This document shows, piece by piece, positions 9,076 through 17,988 of a stretch of 64,000 nucleotides of DNA. The notes below the pieces were generated by a model that worked only from the letters and a program-made list of their open reading frames with translations, was not told the DNA's origin and ran no database searches. Source of the stretch: a virus (Duplodnaviria > Caudoviricetes); IMG/VR virus record IMGVR_UViG_3300028805_000061; one strand, written 5' to 3'. A program made the position numbers and the translations under genes. Positions within the stretch are counted from its first letter, which is position 1. The number at the start of each line of letters is the position of its first letter.

Positions 9076-9612
9076 ATGAATTATCATGATATTACTAAGT
9101 GTGATATGCTTAATGGGGATGGTTTAAGAGTAGTTTTATGGGTTTCTGGTTGTAGTCATCATTGTAAAGGTTGTCAAAATCCACAAACTTGGGATGGAAA
9201 TTCTGGAATTCTCTTTGATGAAAAAGCTAAACAAGAATTAATTGAAGCTTTAAAACCAGATTATATTAGTGGTATTACCTTTTCTGGGGGTGATCCACTA
9301 TATTTATACCACAGAAGAGAAATTTTAGAGCTAATTAAGGAGCTTAAAATTTTATTTCCTATTAAAACTATATGGCTTTATACTGGTTTTACTTTAGAAG
9401 AAATAATACAGTGGCCTATAGGAAAAGAATTACTTTCTTTAATTGATGTTTTAGTAGATGGAAGATTTATTTTAGAAGAAAGAGATCCTAATTTACAATG
9501 GGTGGGGTCACCTAATCAAAGAGTTATTGATGTACAAAAAACTCTCCAATCTTCACATATAATAAAACATTGTGAAGTATACTACGATAGTTATAAGGGT
9601 AAGAGATATTAA
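9076..9612 (+). CDS. nrdG: anaerobic ribonucleotide reductase activating radical-SAM protein
   Basis: NGDGLRVVLWVSGCSHHCKGCQNPQTW, GITFSGGDPL, WLYTGF, DVLVDGRF, GSPNQRVID. Confidence 0.95.
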   Translation: MNYHDITKCDMLNGDGLRVVLWVSGCSHHCKGCQNPQTWDGNSGILFDEKAKQELIEALKPDYISGITFSGGDPLYLYHRREILELIKELKILFPIKTIWLYTGFTLEEIIQWPIGKELLSLIDVLVDGRFILEERDPNLQWVGSPNQRVIDVQKTLQSSHIIKHCEVYYDSYKGKRY

Positions 9613-9645
9613 ATAAAAAGAGGAAGTAGATAATTATCTACTTCC
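9612..9645 (-). terminator. bidirectional intrinsic terminator closing cassette 1
   Basis: Perfect 24-bp palindrome GGAAGTAGATAATTATCTACTTCC (9622-9645) followed by a T-rich tract on the - strand; lies between convergent genes. Confidence 0.85.
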
Positions 9646-9674
9646 AAAGAAGTTTGGTAAAATATTTTGAAGTT
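9643..9674 (-). repeat. cassette 3' conserved element, copy 1
   Basis: TCCAAAGAAGTTTGGTAAAATATTTTGAAGTT, 31/32 identical to 37546-37577. Confidence 0.95.
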
Positions 9675-9679
9675 CCTCC

Positions 9680-10309
9680 TTAATTTCGCTTTGTGAAGGT
9701 TAAAATATCTGTTGTATCACCATTACCCTGCTGACTATAGCGATTATATCCACAACCATAAAGTTCACCATCGTTAGTTAAGTACCATGTTGTTGTATTT
9801 GAACAAGCAAAATCTTTTACATTACTTGCTCTTTGAGTAAACCTTGTAACATCTGTTGTATCGCCTGAACCTTGTTGACCGTAATTATTCCATCCACAAC
9901 CATAAAGTTCACCATCGTTAGTTAGATACCATGTAACGCTACTTGAACAAGCAACTTGTGCTACATTACTTGCTCTTTGAGTAAAATGTCTAACACTTGA
10001 TGTATTTCCTGAACCTTGTTGGCCATAGTTATTACCTCCACAACCATATAATTCACCGTTGTTAGTTAGATACCATGTTGTTATATCTTGGCCAATAATT
10101 TGTGCTACGTTACTTGCACGTTGGGTAAAGGTTAAAACATTCGCTGAACTTCCTGAACCTTGTTGATAATAGTAACTATATCCACAACCATAAAGTTTAC
10201 CATCGTTAGTTACATACCAAGTTGTATAATCTGAGCAAGCAAAATCTTTTACACCACCGGCAATTTTTCGAAATCCTCCAAGGGGTTCCAATTTTGTTTT
10301 TATACCCAT
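9680..10309 (-). CDS. RCC1/BLIP-II-like repeat protein (4 x 48 aa) with MGIKTKLEPLGG tag; putative receptor-binding tip protein
   Basis: Four 144-nt repeats V....CS...TWYLTNDGELYGCG.N.YGQQGSG....V..FTQRASN; RBS AGGAGGTG. Confidence 0.85.
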   Translation of the reverse strand: MGIKTKLEPLGGFRKIAGGVKDFACSDYTTWYVTNDGKLYGCGYSYYYQQGSGSSANVLTFTQRASNVAQIIGQDITTWYLTNNGELYGCGGNNYGQQGSGNTSSVRHFTQRASNVAQVACSSSVTWYLTNDGELYGCGWNNYGQQGSGDTTDVTRFTQRASNVKDFACSNTTTWYLTNDGELYGCGYNRYSQQGNGDTTDILTFTKRN

Positions 10310-10341
10310 AATAATTCACCTCCTAAAATATTTTATCAACA

Positions 10342-10385
10342 TAAAAATACCAGTTAAAAAAAATCCTATATAGGACACTCGAAAA
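10342..10385 (-). promoter_or_regulatory. cassette 5' conserved element, copy 1 (palindrome TCCTATATAGGA plus A8/T8 tract)
   Basis: TAAAAATACCAGTT-A8-TCCTATATAGGACACTCGAAAA, identical to 39029-39074 except tract length. Confidence 0.85.
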
Positions 10386-10465
10386 AGCTTTATCTTTTTA
10401 ACAAAAAGAAAACATTTTTTTCATTTCTATATATACTTATAAATAATTCAAATAGGAGAAAAGAA

Positions 10466-11266
10466 ATGAAGATAGATAAATTTCCATCTAGAATTCAAAG
10501 TATAATAGAAGAATTTGAATCAAAAGAAAATCAGAAAAGATGGAGATATCTTTTAAAGATAGGTAATAAGACATTAGTAGCATCAAGAATAGAATTCAAT
10601 GAAAATACAAATGAAGCATTTGTAAAATATTCAGCGTCATCTTCAAATGGTTATAAAATAAATCCTTTATTCATTGAAAAGCTTTCTGATATACAAATAG
10701 AAAAAACAAATATTATTAGAAAGAAATTAGGATTAAGAGCACCATTAAAAAGAAGACCGATAGAAAGAGATGAATTAGGAATTCCCATTAAAAAACCAAG
10801 AAGAGAGAAAAAGAATAAAGAATTATCAGAATTAGAATTTAAAGCAATGTTTGACCCAAGATTTATTTCTAGTGAAACAAGAGATGAATTATTTGAAGAG
10901 AAAAATCTTTCTGGAGGAGCAAGATTACCAAAGAAAGCATTTAAAAAGATAAAACCTGAATTTAGAGAAGCCGTAAAATCTTTCCTTTCTAAATATATAG
11001 ATTTACATACTATTACAGCTGATTATAAAAGAGATAATTATGGAACACTTTCATTAATAGTAGGAAAAACTTTTACTAATAATGGACAAATTGATCCCAG
11101 ATTTAAAACATATAAAAGCTTTACTTTAATACATAGACAAGGTAAACCTTATGTAAAAGTAATTCAGAATTCAGTGAAAACTGGAACAGATACTATATTT
11201 TATTTAATAAATGAAGATACTTTATTACAAGTTAGTAAAAGTCTTAGGTACAGAAATCGTGGTTAA
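10466..11266 (+). CDS. basic hypothetical protein
   Basis: RBS AGGAG; TATAAATA at 10438-10445 upstream. Confidence 0.7.
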   Translation: MKIDKFPSRIQSIIEEFESKENQKRWRYLLKIGNKTLVASRIEFNENTNEAFVKYSASSSNGYKINPLFIEKLSDIQIEKTNIIRKKLGLRAPLKRRPIERDELGIPIKKPRREKKNKELSELEFKAMFDPRFISSETRDELFEEKNLSGGARLPKKAFKKIKPEFREAVKSFLSKYIDLHTITADYKRDNYGTLSLIVGKTFTNNGQIDPRFKTYKSFTLIHRQGKPYVKVIQNSVKTGTDTIFYLINEDTLLQVSKSLRYRNRG

Positions 11267-11279
11267 AGGAGGGTAAACA

Positions 11280-11420
11280 ATGTCAAATGAACAAAATAAT
11301 TTAAACATTAGAGAAATTGTAAAAGAAGTTGTTAAAGAAGAAATTAAACCCGAATTAGAAAAAATGAAACAACAACAAACTCAACATTTACAAGAAGGTA
11401 ATATGTATTTGAATGAATAA
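11280..11420 (+). CDS. 46-aa hypothetical protein
   Basis: Not in the track; RBS GGGAGG; MSNEQNNLNIREIVKEVVKEEIK...QHLQEGNMYLNE. Confidence 0.65.
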   Translation: MSNEQNNLNIREIVKEVVKEEIKPELEKMKQQQTQHLQEGNMYLNE

Positions 11421-11429
11421 AGGAATTTT

Positions 11430-11786
11430 ATGGAAGAAAAACAATTAGTTCCAGTACAAGAAAGAACTCTTAGGATATATAAACCCTTTATAAGATGTGC
11501 TACTTGTGTTAGAAATATAGATGGACAAAAAATGCAACATGGTTTTTATTCTAAGACATATTGTAATCAATTTAAAGAAACGAGACAAGATCAATACAGT
11601 GCCGATTATAATATAGAAAAAGATAGAAAACTTGCACAACATTGTAAATATTATTTACCAGAAATAGGTACTATTGCTGATTTAACATATCTTGAACCTT
11701 ACGAAATAGTAGATGATATGTTTAAATTAGATAAAGAACATGCTAAAAATTTAAGTGATTTATTTGGTAATAAGTTAAATAATTAG
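11430..11786 (+). CDS. hypothetical Cys-containing protein
   Basis: CATC...YC...HCKYY; RBS AAGGA. Confidence 0.65.
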   Translation: MEEKQLVPVQERTLRIYKPFIRCATCVRNIDGQKMQHGFYSKTYCNQFKETRQDQYSADYNIEKDRKLAQHCKYYLPEIGTIADLTYLEPYEIVDDMFKLDKEHAKNLSDLFGNKLNN

Positions 11787-11850
11787 ATTTTAATATATTT
11801 AATAATATTTATATAAATAATAATGATTAAATATAAGGAGTTAATTTATA

Positions 11851-12630
11851 ATGACTATTTTTAATGGCTTACTAATAATAGCAACTATTTTATTTGTAGA
11901 TCTTATTATAAACTATTTTTTAATAAATTATAGTAATAAAAAATTTGAGAAATATCAAAATAAAATAGATGAATTAGAAAAAGATAATAGAAAATGTTTT
12001 GAACAAATTTCAGGTTTGTTAAATACTTCTGGTAAAACTATAAAATTAATTCAAAAATTTAAAAATCAATCAGGAAATAAATTTCAGAAAATAGATGAAG
12101 ATTTAAAATCTATTATGAGAATGCATAATGATTTAGTAGATATAGTTTATGAAAGTTTTGCTAATGTATATTGTGATCTTAATGAAGAAGATTGTTCTAT
12201 TTGTGAATATTATGATAGATGTTCTAAAAGAGATTCCAGTAAAGAAAATGGATTTATAACTTATACAAAAGAACATCCCTCTGAAGATTCTTGTATAGCT
12301 TGTAATAGACCTATTAGTTATTCTTCAATAATAATAGACCCAAATGATAAAGATTATTTGACTAAGTTAAAATCTACAATGTATAATTCAGGAGTACCAG
12401 AACAAGTAATTAGTCATTATTTAACATATATTAAGGCTCTATTAGAAAAATTGAATCTAGAAGGAAAATATATGGAAATTGCTTGGAATTTTAAAGAAAC
12501 TGATGTAGTCAAAGGGGCTGGAATTATTACTAATAAACCTATAGATAAAAATGAAATAGATAAAGAAAAACTAATAGATCCTAATTCAAAAATAGTTAAA
12601 TCTTTAAATAAACTATATAAACAAGATTGA
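11851..12630 (+). CDS. membrane-anchored coiled-coil protein with Cys cluster
   Basis: N-terminal TM, coiled coil, CDL...CSICEYYDRC. Confidence 0.65.
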   Translation: MTIFNGLLIIATILFVDLIINYFLINYSNKKFEKYQNKIDELEKDNRKCFEQISGLLNTSGKTIKLIQKFKNQSGNKFQKIDEDLKSIMRMHNDLVDIVYESFANVYCDLNEEDCSICEYYDRCSKRDSSKENGFITYTKEHPSEDSCIACNRPISYSSIIIDPNDKDYLTKLKSTMYNSGVPEQVISHYLTYIKALLEKLNLEGKYMEIAWNFKETDVVKGAGIITNKPIDKNEIDKEKLIDPNSKIVKSLNKLYKQD

Positions 12631-12668
12631 TTTATCATTACACTAAAATTCAGAATTCCAGCAATAAT

Positions 12669-12702
12669 AAAACCCTCTATAATATTAAAGGGTTTTTCTT
12701 TG
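12669..12702 (+). terminator. intrinsic terminator
   Basis: AAAACCCT...AGGGTTTT followed by a T tract. Confidence 0.6.
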
Positions 12703-12754
12703 TGTTAACTATAAAAAATTCATAAATACATATATAAATTATAAGGAGAAATAA

Positions 12755-13330
12755 ATGACTTTAGAAGAAAATTTTAGTCTTGAACCTGATGAAATTCTAA
12801 AAGCTATAGAATTTTCAGTAGAGTCAAGAATGAATTTAGAAAGTGATGAACAAGTTACAATAATAACACATCCTTTAACAATAAAAGCTATTAAAATAGG
12901 AATTGCTCAAGGTAAAATATTTAAAAATATTTATTCAAGAATAATATTTTCTCCAGATAGTAATAGTAAACTTAGTGATTTAGTAATTATTCCAGACCAT
13001 TTGATAGATGAAGTAGTTCAAGAAGAAATAAAAAATCATTTAAATGTTGATAATGAAGTAAAAGAGAAATTGAAAATATTAAATGAAAAAATGGATATCC
13101 CTGAAGAAATATTAAATAGAATATCTACTCTTGAAGACAAAGACCTTACTAATGAAGAATTACAATTAAAATGTGAAATTCAAAATCTAATGTTAGATGT
13201 AGGAATGAATATTGATTTACATTTTTCTAATACAGATAGTAAAGAACAAAAAGTAAATGAAATAGTAGATAAATTATTAAAAAATAATAAAATACAAAAA
13301 GTAGGATTAGAAGGAATTAATAATGACTAA
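12755..13330 (+). CDS. hypothetical protein
   Basis: RBS TAAGGAG. Confidence 0.65.
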   Translation: MTLEENFSLEPDEILKAIEFSVESRMNLESDEQVTIITHPLTIKAIKIGIAQGKIFKNIYSRIIFSPDSNSKLSDLVIIPDHLIDEVVQEEIKNHLNVDNEVKEKLKILNEKMDIPEEILNRISTLEDKDLTNEELQLKCEIQNLMLDVGMNIDLHFSNTDSKEQKVNEIVDKLLKNNKIQKVGLEGINND

Positions 13331-13916
13331 GAAAAGAAAGAGTGAACTTAAAATAGGTTATAATGAACTAAAAAATGGTTGCCCTACTGGAGAAAATGTT
13401 TTAGATTTAAAGAACACACCAATCCCTATAGAATCACTAAAAGTATTAATGACTGGAGACTCTAATCAAAAGTTTAGAGTATTATCAAAGAAGATAAATA
13501 GGGAAAATGTTAAACTAGTATTAAAACATAGAGAAACCAATGAAAAACTAAAAATAGTTGCACCAATAGAATTTTTAGAATTTCACAAAATCCCTTATAA
13601 AAATCCCAAAATACCTACTAATAAATTAATTGAAGGTGTTTTACAAGATAGAGTAAGAAATTGGGAATGTGAAGTAATAATTAAAGATCTATCACAAGAA
13701 TATGACTTAGTTATTCTAATTGATATAGATTCACAAAAAAGAATAGCTTGTAAAGTTCCTATAAAAGAGATTGAAAAAACTAAATTATATATAGAAAAAT
13801 GTAAAACTTATAAACAAGCTAATTATTATGATTATAATAAAATAAATATATGGAGGGAGAATGAATGGCAAAGAGAAGTAATGACTCGCCTAAACTTATT
13901 AAAATTAACCCGTTAA
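13323..13916 (+). CDS. hypothetical protein
   Basis: Coupled ORF. Confidence 0.6.
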   Translation: MTKKRKSELKIGYNELKNGCPTGENVLDLKNTPIPIESLKVLMTGDSNQKFRVLSKKINRENVKLVLKHRETNEKLKIVAPIEFLEFHKIPYKNPKIPTNKLIEGVLQDRVRNWECEVIIKDLSQEYDLVILIDIDSQKRIACKVPIKEIEKTKLYIEKCKTYKQANYYDYNKINIWRENEWQREVMTRLNLLKLTR

Positions 13917-14497
13917 ATAATTCAGATGAAAGTTTGATTGCTATTGCAATTCTTAATGCTTTAATTATACTAAGAGCTAAAGAAAACAATTTAATAAAAA
14001 TTCCAGAAAGAAAAGAATTAACTAAATTACTAAAAAATGCAAAGTTAGATAATATATTAAAAGCTTTAGATGAGGTTAATGGTATTAAAATAAAAAAAGT
14101 ATTAGGAGTAGAAGATACATCTCTCACTGGAATTGTTTATATAAACCATCCTTTAAAGGTATTACCTTGTTTAGTATATAGAAACCCCTCTATAAAAGAC
14201 GGTCAAATAAAATTAGTTAATTCTGGTTTAGGAGATGATGAAGTTTTAATAAGTGAACAACTCTTTAATGAAAAATTGTTTGTAGATAATATATTTGCTT
14301 ATCAGATATTTCTAAATACAGGCACTAAAGAATTTTTTAAAGATAAAGAATTAAGTTGTAATGATTGTAATCATTATAGTTTTAATTCAGAAGGAGAAGA
14401 TATTTGTTTATATGATGATATGAACATAAAAGATTGTAATCAATGTTGTAATAAATTTATTGATTGTTTTAAATGGAGAATACCGAAAGGAGAATAA
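13865..14497 (+). CDS. hypothetical protein with C-terminal Cys cluster
   Basis: RBS GGAGGGAG; CNDCNHY...ICLY...CNQCC. Confidence 0.6.
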   Translation: MAKRSNDSPKLIKINPLNNSDESLIAIAILNALIILRAKENNLIKIPERKELTKLLKNAKLDNILKALDEVNGIKIKKVLGVEDTSLTGIVYINHPLKVLPCLVYRNPSIKDGQIKLVNSGLGDDEVLISEQLFNEKLFVDNIFAYQIFLNTGTKEFFKDKELSCNDCNHYSFNSEGEDICLYDDMNIKDCNQCCNKFIDCFKWRIPKGE

Positions 14498-14498
14498 A

Positions 14499-15185
14499 AT
14501 GTCAACAATTCCTGCATTTATAAATGCAATTTTTACTCTTAACAAAAAAGGAGAATACCCTTTATATGAAGGTAATATTGATGGTGGTTATACAAAAGTT
14601 CTTATAGTTTCTAAAATAGCTTCTGGCTATAATACTAGATATTTTAAAGTTAAACAAATTATTGCTTTAGAAGGACAACAAGCTATAATTCAAACTTTTG
14701 ATCTCCCTTCTCAAGAATTTGCTTATAGATTGATTGAAAAATCTATTACTGAAAATGCATATATACAAGGAGGAAATGATGAAGAAAATATACCCATCGT
14801 TATTACAGGACAACAACAGCAACAATCAAAACAACCAGCAAGAATATCAAAGCCTAATATTATTGATCCAGAAAGAATTGGAGAAGATACAGTTTACGCA
14901 GAATACAACAATAATAACGTTAATACCTATCAGCCAGTTGTCACAGCACAGTCTAGAAAACTTGTTGAAGGACATTCAAAAAGACAAAATATGGACCTCC
15001 CAGATTACAATGACGCCGGATTTGATCAACTTGCAGCCTTCACCGGTACCCAGTCAGATGAATTCTCCAGTGGAGAAATTAAGATTGCCAACATGTCCAG
15101 TTTTGGAAATGGATCAAGCTCAAATAGAAATAGAACTAAAGGCAACTACTCTTCCCTTGAAGATGCACTTGACTCTGGATTCTAG
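14499..15185 (+). CDS. hypothetical protein with disordered acidic C-terminal half
   Basis: Start moved to ATG 14499 (RBS AAGGAG); ends SLEDALDSGF. Confidence 0.65.
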   Translation: MSTIPAFINAIFTLNKKGEYPLYEGNIDGGYTKVLIVSKIASGYNTRYFKVKQIIALEGQQAIIQTFDLPSQEFAYRLIEKSITENAYIQGGNDEENIPIVITGQQQQQSKQPARISKPNIIDPERIGEDTVYAEYNNNNVNTYQPVVTAQSRKLVEGHSKRQNMDLPDYNDAGFDQLAAFTGTQSDEFSSGEIKIANMSSFGNGSSSNRNRTKGNYSSLEDALDSGF

Positions 15186-15351
15186 ATTACCTAATACAAT
15201 TTTAATAGATACTAATATAAAGATAGTAAAAGAAAATAATATTGAAGTAATAGTTAAAAGATTAGTAATATCTAGTCTTTTTTCTAATCTTTTAATAATA
15301 CCAGAAAGTTTTGCTGATTTTATAAGAAAGAGAGAAGGTATAAATGTCTGA
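14734..15351 (+). CDS. overlapping +1-frame ORF, true start uncertain
   Basis: Its 3' part is the only ORF covering 15186-15343; the frame stays open about 150 codons into the upstream gene. Confidence 0.45.
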   Translation: MKNLLLKMHIYKEEMMKKIYPSLLQDNNSNNQNNQQEYQSLILLIQKELEKIQFTQNTTIITLIPISQLSQHSLENLLKDIQKDKIWTSQITMTPDLINLQPSPVPSQMNSPVEKLRLPTCPVLEMDQAQIEIELKATTLPLKMHLTLDSRLPNTILIDTNIKIVKENNIEVIVKRLVISSLFSNLLIIPESFADFIRKREGINV

Positions 15352-15568
15352 TTTTGATAAAGATTGGGGATTTGAATGTGATCAATGTGGTCAAACAGTT
15401 GGTGGTGGGATTTATGATTTTGATGAATCTCTTGAACTAAGAAAACAAGAAGGTTGGATTAATAGAAAGATAGATGGTGAATGGTATTCCTTTTGTTGTG
15501 AAGAATGTTATCAAGACTGGGTAGCAGATCATCAATATAGACCGACTCCGAGAAAAATTCATAAATAA
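15344..15568 (+). CDS. zinc-finger (TRASH-like) protein
   Basis: CDQCG...FCCEECY. Confidence 0.65.
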   Translation: MSDFDKDWGFECDQCGQTVGGGIYDFDESLELRKQEGWINRKIDGEWYSFCCEECYQDWVADHQYRPTPRKIHK

Positions 15569-15611
15569 GTTAAATTTACAATAAATACTTATATTTTCTG
15601 GAGTAATATTT

Positions 15612-15926
15612 ATGAATAATAGACAACTAATTGAATCTCTTGAAAAATATACTAAGAAAATTCAGGAAGTTTCTGTGAATAAATGGCAAAGAGGTGCTAA
15701 AAATTCTTTACCAGGTAGAGAATTTGTTAATCTAAAAAATACAGAACTAACATTAGACCCTGACTATTATTCTGATGAACAGAAGCAAAAGATTTTAAAT
15801 AAAAGATTTAAAGATGCTCAAAGATATACTTATGCCAATAAAATAGCTGGATTAGATTTAAAAGATTTTGACACTAATAAAATACCAGCTAGAACAATGC
15901 AAAAAGCTTTAAGGAGTTATAAATAA
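15612..15926 (+). CDS. putative internal head protein with shared leader
   Basis: MNNRQLIESLEKYTKKIQE resembles MDNRTLIESLEY of 7540. Confidence 0.65.
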   Translation: MNNRQLIESLEKYTKKIQEVSVNKWQRGAKNSLPGREFVNLKNTELTLDPDYYSDEQKQKILNKRFKDAQRYTYANKIAGLDLKDFDTNKIPARTMQKALRSYK

Positions 15927-17323
15927 TGAGATTTAATGAAGTTGATATAGAAGTTAAACATTCTGGTTTACTTGAAGTACCTGCTGGTAAAGAAGTAGAC
16001 CAATTACCACAATCACATTTTCAAAAATTGATTGATAAAAAAGGTTATGAAGCTATTATTAGAGGACTTACTAATTTAGAAGTTTGGAATAAGAATAAAA
16101 ATCCTAAACTTAGTCAGTGGGCTTCTAATATGGCAGATAAATTAAAAGTAGTTAATAAGAAAGATGAAGCTTATTCTGGTAAGCTTTTTGAAATGAATGC
16201 TAAATTAGCTAAAAAACTAGGTATTAAAACAGTAACTGGTCTAAAGAAAGCTGGACAATATGCTAAAGATACAGTTGCTAAATCAGCTGATACTGCAAGA
16301 AATGCAATTGTAGCTGGTGCTGTAGCTCCAGTAGGAGCAGCTATAGCTCAAAAATATAGTCATAAGGATAAAAAGAAAGAACCAAGATATACTGCTGCAG
16401 AGGTAGCTGCTCTAGCTGCTGCAATGAAAAACAAAAATGAATCCCTTTCTAATAAATTATTTTCTTATTTGACTATATTAGAAAAAGAACAAAAAGAAGA
16501 ATCTGGAGTTAAAAAAGTTGCAAAAGGAGCTGCTAAAGGAGCTGGTATAGGTTTAGCTGGAGGAACAGCTTTAGGAGCTGGGGTAGGACATACAGTAGGA
16601 AAGGCTTTGACTGGTGGACTCAAAGGTAATTATGCCACTGGATTAGCTGGTGCTGCTACTAAAGGGGTTAGAGCTTTATCAACTGGAGCTGGTGCTGCTG
16701 GTGGAGCAGCATTAGGTTTAACAAGAGGTTTAGTTGGGGGAGCTTTAATAGCTGGAGGAAAACATTTATATGATAAACACAAAGCTAAAAAAGAAATTTC
16801 TAAAAAGAATGAATCCTTAATTGAAGCTTTAAATAGATTAAAAAGTATTTATGAAGAAGAAGGAATCCCTAAAAAGAAAAGAGTTTTAACTCCTGAACAA
16901 AAAGCAAGAAGACAAGAAAGAAGGAGATTGAGAAGACAATTAGAAAAACAAGGTATTTCTACTTCTAAACCTCGTTCTGGTCCAGTTAAAACCATACAAG
17001 GAGAACCTAATTTAGCTAAATCTATTGAAAATGCTAAAAAAGCAAAACAAACTACTAATACAGCAAAAACTGCTGGAGCTGCTTCATCAACAGTAAATAA
17101 GACTGCCGAAACTACTAAGAAATTTGTTTCAGATGGGGTTAAAAAAGCTACAGGAGCTACTAAAAATACAGTTAATAAAACTCTTAGACATTCACAAGCT
17201 TTAAAGAAAGTTTTAAACCGAGCTTCTTTAAGAGGGGGATTAGCTGGTGCTGCTATTACAGCTGGAGTAGGAGCTGCTGGATTAGCTGCTAAGAAAATGT
17301 ATGATAAAAACAAAAAGAAATAA
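15926..17323 (+). CDS. modular cationic glycine-zipper polyprotein (putative head-packaged)
   Basis: Three Lys-rich, Gly/Ala hydrophobic modules separated by KNESL...LE / KNESL...YEE linkers. Confidence 0.75.
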   Translation: MRFNEVDIEVKHSGLLEVPAGKEVDQLPQSHFQKLIDKKGYEAIIRGLTNLEVWNKNKNPKLSQWASNMADKLKVVNKKDEAYSGKLFEMNAKLAKKLGIKTVTGLKKAGQYAKDTVAKSADTARNAIVAGAVAPVGAAIAQKYSHKDKKKEPRYTAAEVAALAAAMKNKNESLSNKLFSYLTILEKEQKEESGVKKVAKGAAKGAGIGLAGGTALGAGVGHTVGKALTGGLKGNYATGLAGAATKGVRALSTGAGAAGGAALGLTRGLVGGALIAGGKHLYDKHKAKKEISKKNESLIEALNRLKSIYEEEGIPKKKRVLTPEQKARRQERRRLRRQLEKQGISTSKPRSGPVKTIQGEPNLAKSIENAKKAKQTTNTAKTAGAASSTVNKTAETTKKFVSDGVKKATGATKNTVNKTLRHSQALKKVLNRASLRGGLAGAAITAGVGAAGLAAKKMYDKNKKK

Positions 17324-17334
17324 GGAGATCAAAA

Positions 17335-17988
17335 ATGCAATTTAATGAAATATTTTCTAATACCCCAATAGATGAATCTATCAAGGGTGAAGCTATTAAA
17401 CAAGGTGCTAAAAAAGCTGCAAGATATGCTAGAGTAATGAGTAAGAAAGCAATAAATAAAACTAAAAAATATTTAAAACAACCTGCTACTAAAGGACAAG
17501 TAATAGGGGCTGCTTTAGTAGGGTCAGCTGTAAGAGGTAAAGCTGAAAAGATTCATCAAGCTAAATTAGCTAAAAAACAAAAGAATGAATCGTTAACTCC
17601 CTTTAAAGAAAAGAAAACAGTAATAGCTAAAAAATACAAAGGAAAAGATTTTAAGAAAATATTTGGTAAAAATAATATAGCTAAAAAAGCTACTAAAAAT
17701 GAATCATTAGTAGAAAAACTTGAAAGAGTTACAAATAATGTTAGAACAACTAATGAAGCTAATTTAGCTGGAATAGGTAAATCAGCAGTAAATGGTTTAA
17801 AAACATTTGGTAAAAATATTGGTGATACAGCTAAAACAGTAGGAGGAGCAATTAAAAAACACCCAGTAAGAACAGCAGCAATTGCAGGTACTGGTTTAGC
17901 TGGTTATGGAGCTTATAAAGGAGTTAAGAAAGCAGTAAATGGAGCTAAGAAAGCTGGTAAAGCTGCTTATCAAGATTGGAAAGTATAA
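17335..17988 (+). CDS. modular cationic glycine-zipper polyprotein
   Basis: MQFNE start; two KNESL linkers; AAIAGTGLAGYGAYKGVKK. Confidence 0.75.
   Translation: MQFNEIFSNTPIDESIKGEAIKQGAKKAARYARVMSKKAINKTKKYLKQPATKGQVIGAALVGSAVRGKAEKIHQAKLAKKQKNESLTPFKEKKTVIAKKYKGKDFKKIFGKNNIAKKATKNESLVEKLERVTNNVRTTNEANLAGIGKSAVNGLKTFGKNIGDTAKTVGGAIKKHPVRTAAIAGTGLAGYGAYKGVKKAVNGAKKAGKAAYQDWKV

Noticed and set aside
9643-9674. Integron attC interpretation of the cassette 3' element
   Set aside because: It lacks paired RYYYAAC/GTTRRRY ends and an extended hairpin, and the cassettes are dispersed rather than arrayed.
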